DNA of 64,000 bases from Vulcanimicrobiota bacterium (GCA_963812135.1 CAWETU010000001.1:896001-960000), one strand, 5' to 3'. Numbered from the stretch's first letter, positions 9,445-18,879 are shown. Notes: generated by a model from the letters alone, not told the origin. A program made the numbers and translations.

Positions 9445-10623
9445 ATGACCACACACTTTCGACCGTTTATCGCGGTCGCCATCGCGCTGATTCTACTTCT
9501 TGGCGGCCGTTCTTCTGTGCGATCCGCCGAGCTGCCAGGTAGCTCAGGCTCGCAAGCCGTTCAGCCGAGCAACACGATCGTCGTCGCCGAACCGAAGGGC
9601 CTCGTCGTGGTGCTCGATACGAGCGACCTGGCGGATCCATCGTGGAAAAAAGCGGTCAGCAATCCCTCCATCAGCGGCGTGGCGCTTCAAATCCATTGGA
9701 GCGACATCGAAGCGACCAAGGGAAAACCGGATTGGTCGCAATTGGATGCGTGGTTCGCCGCCGCGGCGTCGTCGAAGAAATGGGTCCACCTCCTCATTTT
9801 TCCCGGCTTCTTCTCGCCGCAATGGGCCTTGAAAGACGCGGTGATCGCGAAGTTTCCGATTCAGTACGGGCCGGGCAAAGGAGGCGATGCCGAGCCGTTG
9901 CCGATGCCGTGGGATTCGACGTATCTCAACAACTGGCTCGCATTTGTGAAGAAAGTCGCAGATCGGTACGGATCGAACTCAGCCCTCTCGCTGGTCGCAG
10001 CGGCCGGGCCGACATCGGTCTCGGCGGAGTTCACGCTGCCCGCGACGCCGCCGGACCTGAAGAAGTGGGAAGCTGACGGATACACGCCGACAAAATTTAT
10101 CGGGGCATGGAAAACGGTACTTAACGCCTATGCCGCCGACTTTCCCAATCAGTATATCTCTGTGTCGCAAGGCTCCGGCCTGAATATCGACGATCAAAGC
10201 AAACCCGATCCCGGCGAAAATCACAAAACGAGGCAAGCGATCGTCGACGCGGCGAGCACTATCCTAGGCCATCGATTCGTCCTTCAATCGAGCAACGTCC
10301 ATGCCGGGCCGGGTCCTCACGAGCCGAATTCTGCGGCTGATGATCAATTCGTCATCGGCTACATCGGCCGCGCCCTGACCGGCTTTCAACTGCGCACGTC
10401 AGCCGAAAACAACAGCAAGATCATGGGCGCTGCCGGCGATCCTTCACTCGCCCTGACCAGGTCGATCGGGTATGCGACGGTGACGAACACCGCCGGTCAG
10501 CACGTCAACTACGTGGAGATATATGCGGCCGACGTTCTCGCACCGGATATGCAATCAGCGTTGACGAGTGCTGCTTCGATCTTCACAGGGCACGCGCCAT
10601 TCGTCCCTCACGTGCTCCACTAA
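9445..10623 (+). CDS. Secreted glycoside hydrolase-like TIM-barrel protein (GH42/GH35-like N-terminus)
   Basis: 'GVALQIHWSDIE...DWSQLDAWF', 'PMPWDSTY..W..FVKKVADRY' patterns. Confidence 0.6.
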   Translation: MTTHFRPFIAVAIALILLLGGRSSVRSAELPGSSGSQAVQPSNTIVVAEPKGLVVVLDTSDLADPSWKKAVSNPSISGVALQIHWSDIEATKGKPDWSQLDAWFAAAASSKKWVHLLIFPGFFSPQWALKDAVIAKFPIQYGPGKGGDAEPLPMPWDSTYLNNWLAFVKKVADRYGSNSALSLVAAAGPTSVSAEFTLPATPPDLKKWEADGYTPTKFIGAWKTVLNAYAADFPNQYISVSQGSGLNIDDQSKPDPGENHKTRQAIVDAASTILGHRFVLQSSNVHAGPGPHEPNSAADDQFVIGYIGRALTGFQLRTSAENNSKIMGAAGDPSLALTRSIGYATVTNTAGQHVNYVEIYAADVLAPDMQSALTSAASIFTGHAPFVPHVLH

Positions 10624-10625
10624 AG

Positions 10626-11417
10626 CTATTCGGTGTAGCCGATCATATAGATCCCGAGCGCCATTGCGAAGAACGTCCACAGGATCGCACCCAAACGTCC
10701 TTTGATGTAGCCCGCATCAGCGAGCAGCTTGGCGGCTGCCAGGCCAAAGCCTGTGATGGAAAACCAAAGATGCTCGAACTTGACATGTTTCATCGACGCG
10801 ATCATGCTCTGCATGGCCGGGTTGGACGCAGCGCCCGGATCGGACATGTGACGCATCATCGCTTGCGTCTCGATGCCCCCGTGGACGTGGAAGAAGAGAT
10901 AGACCCCGCCAAACACTGCGATCGCAGGGACGGCCCACACTTGCAGAAGTTTAGGCAGGCGGTCGCCCGCGCGCAGCAATTCGACGACGGCGAGCGCGAT
11001 CAGAAGAAGCACGAAGATCCGGTGCTGGAGCACGCTGGGGTCCTGAAAGCTGATCCAAAACCCATACGGGCCGCTGGGCCACGCTTTCGGATCGTTGCGC
11101 AAGAACAAGAACTCGACCAGGCCCAAAAGCACGAGGCCCGGCACATAGTTGAACCAGGTGCGCTTCGGCCACTGCAATCCTGCGATCAGCGCGGTAAGGC
11201 CCCATAAAAAAAGAAACACGCCGGCGCCCCGGTGGTTGAACTCGGACCACTGCGTGTTGGTCACGGGCGACGCTATCCCGTTCTCGGGATTGTCCGCGTT
11301 CTGACCTTGCGTCATGCCGGGCATGTTCATGGGCATCGGCGTCGAGTCGGCTTTGGCGACGGACAGCGTGAGCAGCCCGCCCAACATGCAAGCCGCTAAG
11401 AGCGTCAGTGTCTTCAT
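10626..11417 (-). CDS. His/Met-rich membrane protein resembling the C-terminal domain fused to some CopD proteins
   Basis: 'WSEFNHRGAG', 'RNDPKAWP', 'VLQHR', 'FHVH', 'FEHLW' and a Met-rich N-terminus; start at ATG 11417 with GGGG RBS. Confidence 0.55.
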   Translation of the reverse strand: MKTLTLLAACMLGGLLTLSVAKADSTPMPMNMPGMTQGQNADNPENGIASPVTNTQWSEFNHRGAGVFLFLWGLTALIAGLQWPKRTWFNYVPGLVLLGLVEFLFLRNDPKAWPSGPYGFWISFQDPSVLQHRIFVLLLIALAVVELLRAGDRLPKLLQVWAVPAIAVFGGVYLFFHVHGGIETQAMMRHMSDPGAASNPAMQSMIASMKHVKFEHLWFSITGFGLAAAKLLADAGYIKGRLGAILWTFFAMALGIYMIGYTE

Positions 11418-11530
11418 GCAACCCCCTGTGTTAGTCTCCGCCGCTTGTTGTCCACGCTCCCCTTCGTCACCTCGGCGAACTGCGCGAGGCAAAAATGTGC
11501 TCGGGGTGGACTTGCGCTATCTCCTCGGGG

Positions 11531-11995
11531 CTAGCGCCGGCGAAGGAACCTTTGCCAGGGGTCTGCCGCCGTCATCGACGGCGTTTCGACGTGGGCAAGC
11601 GCGGCATATCGCGAGCTGGGGAACTGCTTGAATAGCAGCTCGCGGCAGCGGTCGGCGGCCACGTTTGCTTCCGCGGAGTGCATCCGCCAGAAAAGATGCG
11701 ACATCTCGTATGCGCGCTTCGGAATCCAGCTGTCGTGCGGATACTTCACGGCCCAGTCCCCGAGCGCATCTTCGGCGGTCATGAGCCCGCCGTACAAGCT
11801 CTCCGCCGTCGTCGGGTCGGAGGACTCCCGCTGGTCCGTGTCGCGGATTATGTTGTCGATGCCAAGCGTGCTGATTTGCTGCCGCCCGAAGTACTCATCC
11901 ACGGGCGCGTCGACGGTTTTCTGATCGGCGAGGACGGGCAGACCGAACGCGAACGCGCACGCAACGGTCAGAACGATTCGAAGTGCGCCTGTCAT
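11531..11995 (-). CDS. Hypothetical secreted protein (DAPVDEYFG...KYPHDSWIP family)
   Basis: Signal peptide and TPR-like helical C-terminus. Confidence 0.65.
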   Translation of the reverse strand: MTGALRIVLTVACAFAFGLPVLADQKTVDAPVDEYFGRQQISTLGIDNIIRDTDQRESSDPTTAESLYGGLMTAEDALGDWAVKYPHDSWIPKRAYEMSHLFWRMHSAEANVAADRCRELLFKQFPSSRYAALAHVETPSMTAADPWQRFLRRR

Positions 11996-12118
11996 GGCTC
12001 ACAAACCCCGACATGATGTCCGATGTCACGCCAGCATAGCATGACCGATTTAGAGCCGCATGAGAGAAGGCGAGTGTCCGATCTCGCCGGCCCGTTGAGC
12101 AAGCGGCCGCTTGCCTTA

Positions 12119-13093
12119 TCAGGAAATGGGTTCCACCTTCGCCGGCGTCGCTCTCCACCGGCGTGTCAGATCAGCCGCAGCCTCCGGCCAGTTTGGAAAT
12201 TCAAACATATAGCCTGCTTCGAGCAACCGCGTCGGAACCACGCGGCGGCTCTTGAGCACGAGTTCGGATTCCGAGCGCATGAAGAACGTGCCCACCTCGA
12301 GCATCCACTCGGTCGCGGGTAGTCCGATCCGCGCGCCCCACGCGTCGCGCAGGACGCGCATGAACTCCCGATTCGGCAACGGGTGCGGCGCGCTGATGTT
12401 GACGACGCCGTCGAGGTCGTCTCTGGCGACGAGAAAATCGATCGACCGGCAGAGATCGGCGTCGTGGACCCATGAGAAGAACTGTTTGCCGGAGCCCATC
12501 GTGCCGCCAAGACCTCGCCGCACGAGGCCCAGTAAGATGTCGAAGGTGCCTTCACGCTGCGGACTCATGACGATCGCGCAACGGAGCGCGAGCTTGCGCG
12601 TCCGCGGAGCAACGGCTTCAAAAAAGGCATCTTCCCACTTCTTCGCCACATCGATGCTGAAGCGCCACGTCCGAGGGGCGTCGGGTTCAGATCCGCCAAG
12701 CTCACCTGTCGCCTCGTCCATCGCGCGATCAAAGGTGTGGCGATAGATCGTCGCCGTGCTTGCATTCATCCAGAGCGGCGGCGGATGGGGGGCGTTGGCG
12801 ATGGCTTGGCCTACGAGACGGGTCGTCTCGGTGCGCGATTCTTTGATGATGCGCGAGTTCTCAGCCGTATAGCGGCAATTGACGCTGCGTCCTGCAAGAT
12901 TGATGATCACGTCCGCGCCGTCGAACGCGTCGGCCCACGGTCCTAGCGTTCGGCCATCCCAAACGATAGAACGCCAGGGCGCACCCGGATCCGGGTTGCG
13001 CGCGAGGACGGTGACGTCGTCGCCCTGCTCGTGGAAATGCGCAGCAAGGATCCGGCCGATTTGACCGCTGCCACCCGGAATCACGATGCGCAT
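12119..13093 (-). CDS. TIGR01777 family NAD-dependent epimerase/oxidoreductase
   Basis: 'IVIPGGSGQIG', 'INLAGRSV', 'GKQFFSWVH', DUF1731-like 'SRRVVPTRLLEAGYMFEFP'. Confidence 0.9.
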   Translation of the reverse strand: MRIVIPGGSGQIGRILAAHFHEQGDDVTVLARNPDPGAPWRSIVWDGRTLGPWADAFDGADVIINLAGRSVNCRYTAENSRIIKESRTETTRLVGQAIANAPHPPPLWMNASTATIYRHTFDRAMDEATGELGGSEPDAPRTWRFSIDVAKKWEDAFFEAVAPRTRKLALRCAIVMSPQREGTFDILLGLVRRGLGGTMGSGKQFFSWVHDADLCRSIDFLVARDDLDGVVNISAPHPLPNREFMRVLRDAWGARIGLPATEWMLEVGTFFMRSESELVLKSRRVVPTRLLEAGYMFEFPNWPEAAADLTRRWRATPAKVEPIS

Positions 13094-13194
13094 GTCACGC
13101 CTTTCACGCTTCACCGGACCTTCACATCCGCGCTCTGTCCCTTCGTTGCGCCGTGCTCGGCGCTTCACAACTGTGCGTTACGATTTTCAGCATA

Positions 13195-14343
13195 ATGAAC
13201 GCGCTTGAACGCCTGATCCCCGCTCCACGCTTGCACCAGAGCGACCACGTCGAGGTGGGAGCGCCGCAAAGCGTCGCATGGACCGCCGTGCGCACCATCG
13301 ATATGGCGCGCTCACCCTTCGTCCATGCGCTCTTCGCCCTCCGAACCGTTCCCGATCGTCTGGGCGGCCGAGACGTCGAAACCGAGAGTCTTCGGATCGA
13401 CGACATCACCGCGAACGCACACGGTTTTCGGATTCTCGACGAGCAGCCCGGCAGAGCGGTCACGGTCGGAGCAATCGGAAAAGTGTGGCAACCGCTCATC
13501 GAGTTCGCTGACGTGCCGGCAGAGCGCTTCGCATCGTTCGACGAGCCCGGGTGGATCAAGGTCGCGTGGGAGCTCCGCTGCGAGCCACGCGGACACGCCG
13601 TCACGCGTATCGTCGTCGAGTTACGCGTCGCGGCCACGGATGACGTCTCGTGGCGGCGCTTCGAGCATTACTTCCAGTTGGTGGGTCCGTTCTCGCATTT
13701 CATCCGCCGGCACATGCTCGGCTTGATGGCGCGTGAGCTCGGCGGCCCGGGAGCGGCAGAACACATGCAGCCGCTGCGAGGCGACGAGTTATTGGGCGAC
13801 GCAATAGTGCAGGCCACCGACGGCGTCACGATCGCCGCGACACCCGCTGCCATCTGGCCATGGCTCGTGCAGATGGGATGTCGTCGTGCGGGCTGGTATA
13901 GCTGGGACGTCCTCGACAACGCCGGCAGGCCGAGCGCACGCGAGATCCTCTCACAATTCCAATCGTTGCACGTCGGCGACGTCATACCGTCAACACCCAA
14001 GGGCGACGATGGTTTCGAAGTGCTGCTTCTGGACGAGCCGCATGCGTTTGTGCTGGGCGGGCTGTACGACCTTGACACCAACCGACAGCTGCCGTTTGCA
14101 TCGCCGCGCCCGGAGCGCTACCTGCAGACGACGTGGGCGTTCGCCCTCGAGCCGCTCGACCATTCGACGACGCGTCTGCACGTGCGCCTACGCGGGGCGT
14201 TCGGTGGTCGACTGACGCTGAGCGTATACCTCATGACCCGCATTCATCACTTCATGCAGACGGCCCAATTGCGCAATCTCAGAGAACGGGTCGAAAACGC
14301 CCAGCACGAGTCTGAGCGAATACAAGAAAAAGGCCGGCGATGA
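13195..14343 (+). CDS. Two-domain SRPBCC/DUF2867-like protein
   Basis: N-half 'FEHYFQLVGPFSHFIRR'; C-half 'IWPWLVQMGCRRAGWYSWD'. Confidence 0.6.
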   Translation: MNALERLIPAPRLHQSDHVEVGAPQSVAWTAVRTIDMARSPFVHALFALRTVPDRLGGRDVETESLRIDDITANAHGFRILDEQPGRAVTVGAIGKVWQPLIEFADVPAERFASFDEPGWIKVAWELRCEPRGHAVTRIVVELRVAATDDVSWRRFEHYFQLVGPFSHFIRRHMLGLMARELGGPGAAEHMQPLRGDELLGDAIVQATDGVTIAATPAAIWPWLVQMGCRRAGWYSWDVLDNAGRPSAREILSQFQSLHVGDVIPSTPKGDDGFEVLLLDEPHAFVLGGLYDLDTNRQLPFASPRPERYLQTTWAFALEPLDHSTTRLHVRLRGAFGGRLTLSVYLMTRIHHFMQTAQLRNLRERVENAQHESERIQEKGRR

Positions 14344-14374
14344 GCCGGCCAAGAGCGGATCGAAAACGCGGGTT

Positions 14375-14494
14375 CTAGACCTTCTTGGCCGCTCTCCGAA
14401 CCTTGCGCTTCGTCTTGCGCACCGCGCGTTTCACCTTGCGCTCGCCCTGCTCTACGGCGCGCTTTGCTTTGCGCGCAGCTCTTCGTTTGGCCAT
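14375..14494 (-). CDS. 39-aa highly basic peptide MAKRRAARKAKRAVEQGERKVKRAVRKTKRKVRRAAKKV (not in ORF track)
   Basis: AAGGAG RBS 7 nt upstream of ATG 14494, TAG at 14375-14377; 20/39 residues are K/R; fills an intergenic gap. Confidence 0.7.
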   Translation of the reverse strand: MAKRRAARKAKRAVEQGERKVKRAVRKTKRKVRRAAKKV

Positions 14495-14588
14495 TCATCG
14501 TCTCCTTAAAGCGTCTGATCGAGCACCATGACTCGACTTGAAATTCATTACCGAGGCGAATCGGGCTCTCCTTTCTAATTCACCCACG

Positions 14589-15122
14589 GTGCTGGCATTG
14601 ACGACGCGCCGAATGCAGCTTATCGCCGCGACGCCCGACATGGCCGTTGCCGATCTCCGCGAACGGGCTCGCCTTGGGCGGCTTTTGAACGCGACGCTGC
14701 CGCGTAACTGGCCGCCGCCGTTTAACGACGAAGGTTCAGCGCGTTGGTTCGCGGATCACCTCGCGCAACACCCGGCTGCCGTCGGGTGGATGATATGGTA
14801 TTTCGTCCTGGTCGACGGCGATGCGCGCACCGCTATCGGAAACGGCGGCTTCAAGGGCGAGCCGCGCGACGGAACGGTCGAGATCGGTTATTCCATCATC
14901 CCACAGTTCCAGCGACGGGGCTATGCGAGCGAGGCTGCGCAAGCGTTGGTGGACTGGGCGTTCGGTCATAACGATGTGGCTCGCGTGGTCGCGGAGACGC
15001 TGCCGGGCTCGGCGGCCTCGCAAGCGTTGCTCGGCAAACTAGGCTTCCGGCGCACAGGTAGAGCGGACGAGCTGGGCGTACTGCGTTTCGAAAAATTGAA
15101 GCAACCCGTAGCCGAATCCTAA
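14589..15122 (+). CDS. GNAT family N-acetyltransferase (RimJ/RimL-like)
   Basis: 'VEIGYSIIPQFQRRGYASEA', 'LGKLGF'; start uncertain (14538/14589/14613). Confidence 0.85.
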   Translation: MLALTTRRMQLIAATPDMAVADLRERARLGRLLNATLPRNWPPPFNDEGSARWFADHLAQHPAAVGWMIWYFVLVDGDARTAIGNGGFKGEPRDGTVEIGYSIIPQFQRRGYASEAAQALVDWAFGHNDVARVVAETLPGSAASQALLGKLGFRRTGRADELGVLRFEKLKQPVAES

Positions 15123-15140
15123 AGCGGAGGTCTTCGCGCT

Positions 15141-17129
15141 TTGGCCGCATCCGTTGTTCAAACCACTGGCCGCGATACTCGTCTCGAGCTGACGTGGCGT
15201 GGGCTTATACTCGGTGCAGCGATCACGCTCGTGTTCACAGCGGCGAATGTCTATCTCGGGCTCAAGGTCGGGCTCACCTTCGCGTCCTCGATCCCTGCCG
15301 CCGTCATCTCGATGGCGGTGCTGCGCATCCTCTTCAAAAACGCGACGATCTGGGAGAATAACATCGTCCAGACCATCGCCTCGGCAGCCGGCACGCTGTC
15401 GGCGATCATCTTCGTGTTGCCGGGTCTGGTGATGGTCGGCTGGTGGTCGGGCTTTCCGTATTGGGAGTCGCTGGCCGTCATCGCGATCGGCGGCATCCTT
15501 GGAGTGATGTATAGCGTGCCGCTGCGCCGCGCGCTCGTCGCGCAATCCGACCTTCCCTATCCGGAGGGCGTCGCCGCTGCAGAAGTGCTCAAGGTCGGCG
15601 TCGGCGGGAGCGATGCGTCGGCCGCATCGATCGACGAGAACAAGAAAGGATTGCTCGCGATCTCGATCGGGTCGCTCGTATCCGCCGGATATGCCGCGCT
15701 TGCCGCCGCGCGCGTCTTCGCGGACACGATCTCGGGCTATTTCCGGATCGGCGGCGCCGCCACGGGTTTTGGCATGTCGATGTCGCTCGCGCTCGTGGGC
15801 GCGGGTCACCTGATCGGAATATCCGTCGGGCTCGCGATCGCCGCGGGTCTCGTCATCTCGTGGGGGATTCTCACGCCGTTGCTGACCGCGCTGCACCCGG
15901 CGGACGGTCCAGCCGGCGCCGTGGCGCTGGGCGTGTGGGCGCACCAAGTGCGCTTCATCGGTACGGGTACCATTGGCATCGCCGCGTTGTGGACCATCGG
16001 CAAGCTGTTCAAGCCCGTCTACAGCGGCGTCGCCTCGGCCATCGCAGCGTCGCGCCGCCGCGCAGAAGCGGGCGGGGATGATAGCACGCTGCCGCGCACC
16101 GAGCGCGATCTGCCGATCGGTATCGTCGCGCTTATCAGCGTGGCCTGCTTCATCCCGCTCGCGTTCTTGCTCGCGATCTTCCTCCAAGGAAGCACGGTTG
16201 CGTCGCTCACTGTGCCGCTCGTGATCGCGGGGCTCATCTATGTCGTCGTCGCGGGCTTTTTCGTCGCCGCGGCGTGCGGCTACATGGCCGGTCTCATCGG
16301 TTCGTCCAACAGTCCGGTCTCGGGCCTGGCGATCCTGAGCGTGATCGGCGCGGCGTTGCTGCTCCTCGTCGTCGGCAAGGCGGCCGGCGCCACGGGCGCG
16401 CCTGCGTTGGTCGCCTTCGCCCTGTTCGTCACCGCGGTGCTGCTCAGCGTCGCGACGATCTCCAACGACAATCTCCAGGACCTCAAGACCGGCCAACTGG
16501 TGGACGCGACGCCGTGGCGGCAGCAAGTCGCGCTCATCGCAGGCGTGATCTTCGGCGCGCTGGTGATCCCGCCGATCCTCGATCTGCTGAACAAGGCGTA
16601 CGGTTTCGGCGGCGGTCCACATGCGCTACCCGCGCCGCAAGCCACGCTGATCTCGACGCTCGCGAAGGGCGTGATCCAAGGCCAGATCGACTGGGGACTC
16701 ATCGGCGTCGGCGTGCTGATCGGCATCGCCATCATCATCATCGACGAGGTGTTGCGCGCCAAGACGCGATTCCAATTACCGCCGCTGGCCGTCGGGCTCG
16801 GCATTTATCTGCCTGCGACGACGACGTCGGCGACGGTCGTCGGCGCCGTCGCCGGCTGGGCGTACAATCGCTGGGTCGCCAAAGGTCCGAACGCCGACGT
16901 CGCGCGGCGTATCGGCGTGCTCATCGCGTCCGGATTGATCGTCGGCGAGAGCCTCTTCGGCGTCGTGCTCGCCGGAATCATCGTCTTTAGCGGCAACGCG
17001 ACGCCGCTGGCGGTCGTCGGCGATGCATTCCAACGCAATGCGACATGGCTCGGAGGCATCGTTTTTGTCCTCACCATCATAGCTTTGTATCGCTGGAGCG
17101 CGCGGCTCGCGCAGAGCGTCGCAAACTAG
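15141..17129 (+). CDS. OPT family oligopeptide transporter
   Basis: 'ELTWRGLILG', 'YLGLKVGLTFASSIPAAVIS', 'LPYPEGVAAAEVL', 'DNLQDLKTG', 'APQATL'. Confidence 0.95.
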   Translation: MAASVVQTTGRDTRLELTWRGLILGAAITLVFTAANVYLGLKVGLTFASSIPAAVISMAVLRILFKNATIWENNIVQTIASAAGTLSAIIFVLPGLVMVGWWSGFPYWESLAVIAIGGILGVMYSVPLRRALVAQSDLPYPEGVAAAEVLKVGVGGSDASAASIDENKKGLLAISIGSLVSAGYAALAAARVFADTISGYFRIGGAATGFGMSMSLALVGAGHLIGISVGLAIAAGLVISWGILTPLLTALHPADGPAGAVALGVWAHQVRFIGTGTIGIAALWTIGKLFKPVYSGVASAIAASRRRAEAGGDDSTLPRTERDLPIGIVALISVACFIPLAFLLAIFLQGSTVASLTVPLVIAGLIYVVVAGFFVAAACGYMAGLIGSSNSPVSGLAILSVIGAALLLLVVGKAAGATGAPALVAFALFVTAVLLSVATISNDNLQDLKTGQLVDATPWRQQVALIAGVIFGALVIPPILDLLNKAYGFGGGPHALPAPQATLISTLAKGVIQGQIDWGLIGVGVLIGIAIIIIDEVLRAKTRFQLPPLAVGLGIYLPATTTSATVVGAVAGWAYNRWVAKGPNADVARRIGVLIASGLIVGESLFGVVLAGIIVFSGNATPLAVVGDAFQRNATWLGGIVFVLTIIALYRWSARLAQSVAN

Positions 17130-17137
17130 GTCTACGC

Positions 17138-17181
17138 AAAAAGAAAGAAACCGCGACTCTTGCGAGCCGCGGTTTTCTCTT
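17138..17181 (-). terminator. Rho-independent terminator between convergent genes (probably bidirectional)
   Basis: On - strand: CCGCGGCTC-GCAA-GAGTCGCGG stem with GNRA loop, followed by TTTCTTTCTTTTT; T-rich tail also on + strand. Confidence 0.8.
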
Positions 17182-17195
17182 GCCGCCGAATGAGG

Positions 17196-17582
17196 TTACG
17201 GGGAGGGCGACGGTGCAGGGTGCTGGCTGCGCCACGCGGCCTTCTCTTGTTCGAGCTTGGTGCGTTGGTCGGGCGTCAAAACGGCCATGATCTGGTCCTG
17301 GAGCTGCTTGCGCGCCGTCGGGTCCTTCGGGCCGCCTTCGGGATGCGCTTGCTTGTAGCTGGTCATGAGCGCCTTGATCTGATCTTGCTGTTGCTGTGAC
17401 AGGTTGAGCGTTTGCAGCATGTGCATCATGCCGCCGTGGTGATGGCCTTCGGCCGGCTGGCTTGCCCCCGGGGCAGGCTGGTTGGTATCGGCGATCGTGC
17501 CGCTTTGTGCGAGCGCGAGCGCAGGCGCACCGAGCGCAGCTGCGCACGTCGCAGCGATGATGAATGACTTGAGTGATTTCAC
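17196..17582 (-). CDS. Spy/CpxP (LTXXQ) family periplasmic chaperone
   Basis: Signal peptide, 'LNLSQQQQDQI' and 'VLTPDQR' motifs; GTG start with AAGGAG upstream. Confidence 0.8.
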   Translation of the reverse strand: MKSLKSFIIAATCAAALGAPALALAQSGTIADTNQPAPGASQPAEGHHHGGMMHMLQTLNLSQQQQDQIKALMTSYKQAHPEGGPKDPTARKQLQDQIMAVLTPDQRTKLEQEKAAWRSQHPAPSPSP

Positions 17583-17721
17583 GTGGTTATCCAATCTCCT
17601 TAGGAAGAGCGAGTACACTGCCGCTAATGATAGGGCACAGCGCGTTGGAAAACGCTGAGAATGCGCGCTTGGCCGCTCGCCGAGCAGAGTTCGCAAGACG
17701 CGTGTCGAAGCAAGCAAGCAG

Positions 17722-18306
17722 ATGCAATTTTCGCTCTTACCGCAACCGGAAATCGAAGTGCTCAACGACAATGAGCTCGGACGCATCGTCTATCGGCGCG
17801 CGCTCTTCGATGAAGCGCAAGTGCGCGAGTGGTTCGCAAAACTGCGTGAAGGCGCCGTCTGGCGCTCGGAGCGCCGGCCGATGTACGACCGGGTCGTCGA
17901 CGTCCCCCGGCTTGTCGCTTCGTATCGGCTCGACGATCCTGATCTGCCGGAGCCGATCGCACGCATGCGCCCCGCGGTCGAAGAATTTTCCGGCGTCACC
18001 TTCAACTCGGCGGGCTTAAATTTCTATCGCGACGGCAACGACAGCGTCGCGCCGCACGGCGATCATGTCGAGCGCGGGCCCGTGGGCGCACCAGTCGCGC
18101 TCGTCAGCCTCGGCGCCGTGCGCCGCATGACGATCCGTAGCAACGCCAAACCGCGCCGCATCCTCGATCGAGATCTCGAGCCCGGCAGCCTCCTGCTCAT
18201 GAGCTACGTGAGCCATCTCAATTTTCTGCACGGGATTCCGAAGACGCGCGAGCACGTCGGCCCAAGGATCAGCGTGGCGTTCCGCCAGACCAACCCGGGC
18301 AAGTAA
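17722..18306 (+). CDS. AlkB-like 2OG-Fe(II) oxygenase (ALKBH2/3 type)
   Basis: 'NFYRDGNDSVAPHGD', 'SLGAVRR', 'HGIPK', 'RISVAFR'. Confidence 0.9.
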   Translation: MQFSLLPQPEIEVLNDNELGRIVYRRALFDEAQVREWFAKLREGAVWRSERRPMYDRVVDVPRLVASYRLDDPDLPEPIARMRPAVEEFSGVTFNSAGLNFYRDGNDSVAPHGDHVERGPVGAPVALVSLGAVRRMTIRSNAKPRRILDRDLEPGSLLLMSYVSHLNFLHGIPKTREHVGPRISVAFRQTNPGK

Positions 18307-18309
18307 CGC

Positions 18310-18879
18310 TTAGGAAATCTGCTCGGGCGGCTCGTGTTGGCTTCGCGCGGCCGCGATGAACGTGTTGACTTTACCCGGCTCGACACCCTGACGCTGGACC
18401 CAGTCGGCGGCGCTGTCCTTCAATTTCTCGAAGCGCTGCCAAAGAAAAGCACCGACGACGCTGCGGTGGATCGCGATGACGTCGCTCAACATCGCCCAAG
18501 CGGCCAAGATGCGGCCAAATGCGGCCTTATTGATGATCTGGCCCTCGATAAGCCCTTCCTCGACATACGTTCCGACTCGATCGAAGAACCGCAGGATGAG
18601 CAGTTCCTTGTGGACGCGCGCGTCGCCGAGCGACGTGAGCTCGACCTCCTTGCGGAATTGCGGATCCTTGAGCTTCTCGTGCAACTCGTACGTGACGAAA
18701 CGCCGCGCGTCGTCAAGCTCCGGCGAGTCGAGCTCTGCAAAAATGCGCATCGCGCCTTCAAGCTGCGTGGCGCGGCGCAACTCGTCGAGTTGGCGCCAGC
18801 CGACGATGACCGTGATCACGATGACGACGGCGGTCGCCACGCTGCCGATGGCGGAGAGCGCAGCCCAGAACGTGTCCAC
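18310..18879 (-). CDS. DUF4760-like protein
   Basis: 'GWRQLDELRRATQL', 'FFDRVGTYVEEGLI', 'FLWQRFEKL'; paralogue of 7646-8179. Confidence 0.65.
   Translation of the reverse strand: MDTFWAALSAIGSVATAVVIVITVIVGWRQLDELRRATQLEGAMRIFAELDSPELDDARRFVTYELHEKLKDPQFRKEVELTSLGDARVHKELLILRFFDRVGTYVEEGLIEGQIINKAAFGRILAAWAMLSDVIAIHRSVVGAFLWQRFEKLKDSAADWVQRQGVEPGKVNTFIAAARSQHEPPEQIS

Noticed and set aside
14247..14498. 83-aa ORF MNGQTKSC... from the track
   Set aside because: It overlaps the convergent gene and its ATG is only 3 nt from the RBS; the 39-aa basic frame fits the RBS spacing better.
1..14500. Left part as a genomic island or prophage
   Set aside because: Many hypotheticals, but no integrase, transposase, phage gene, tRNA or att-like repeat seen; a compositional shift was not computed.
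15039..16622. Long antisense and alternate-frame ORFs (e.g. 15039-16622, 33559-34830, 44901-46316, 53841-55175)
   Set aside because: Shadow ORFs typical of high-GC DNA opposite or within well-supported genes; Arg/Ala-rich with no motifs.
17681..17693. Possible LexA box (CGAGCAGAGTTCG) upstream of the AlkB-like gene
   Set aside because: One mismatch and 3-nt rather than 4-nt spacing relative to GAAC-N4-GTTC.
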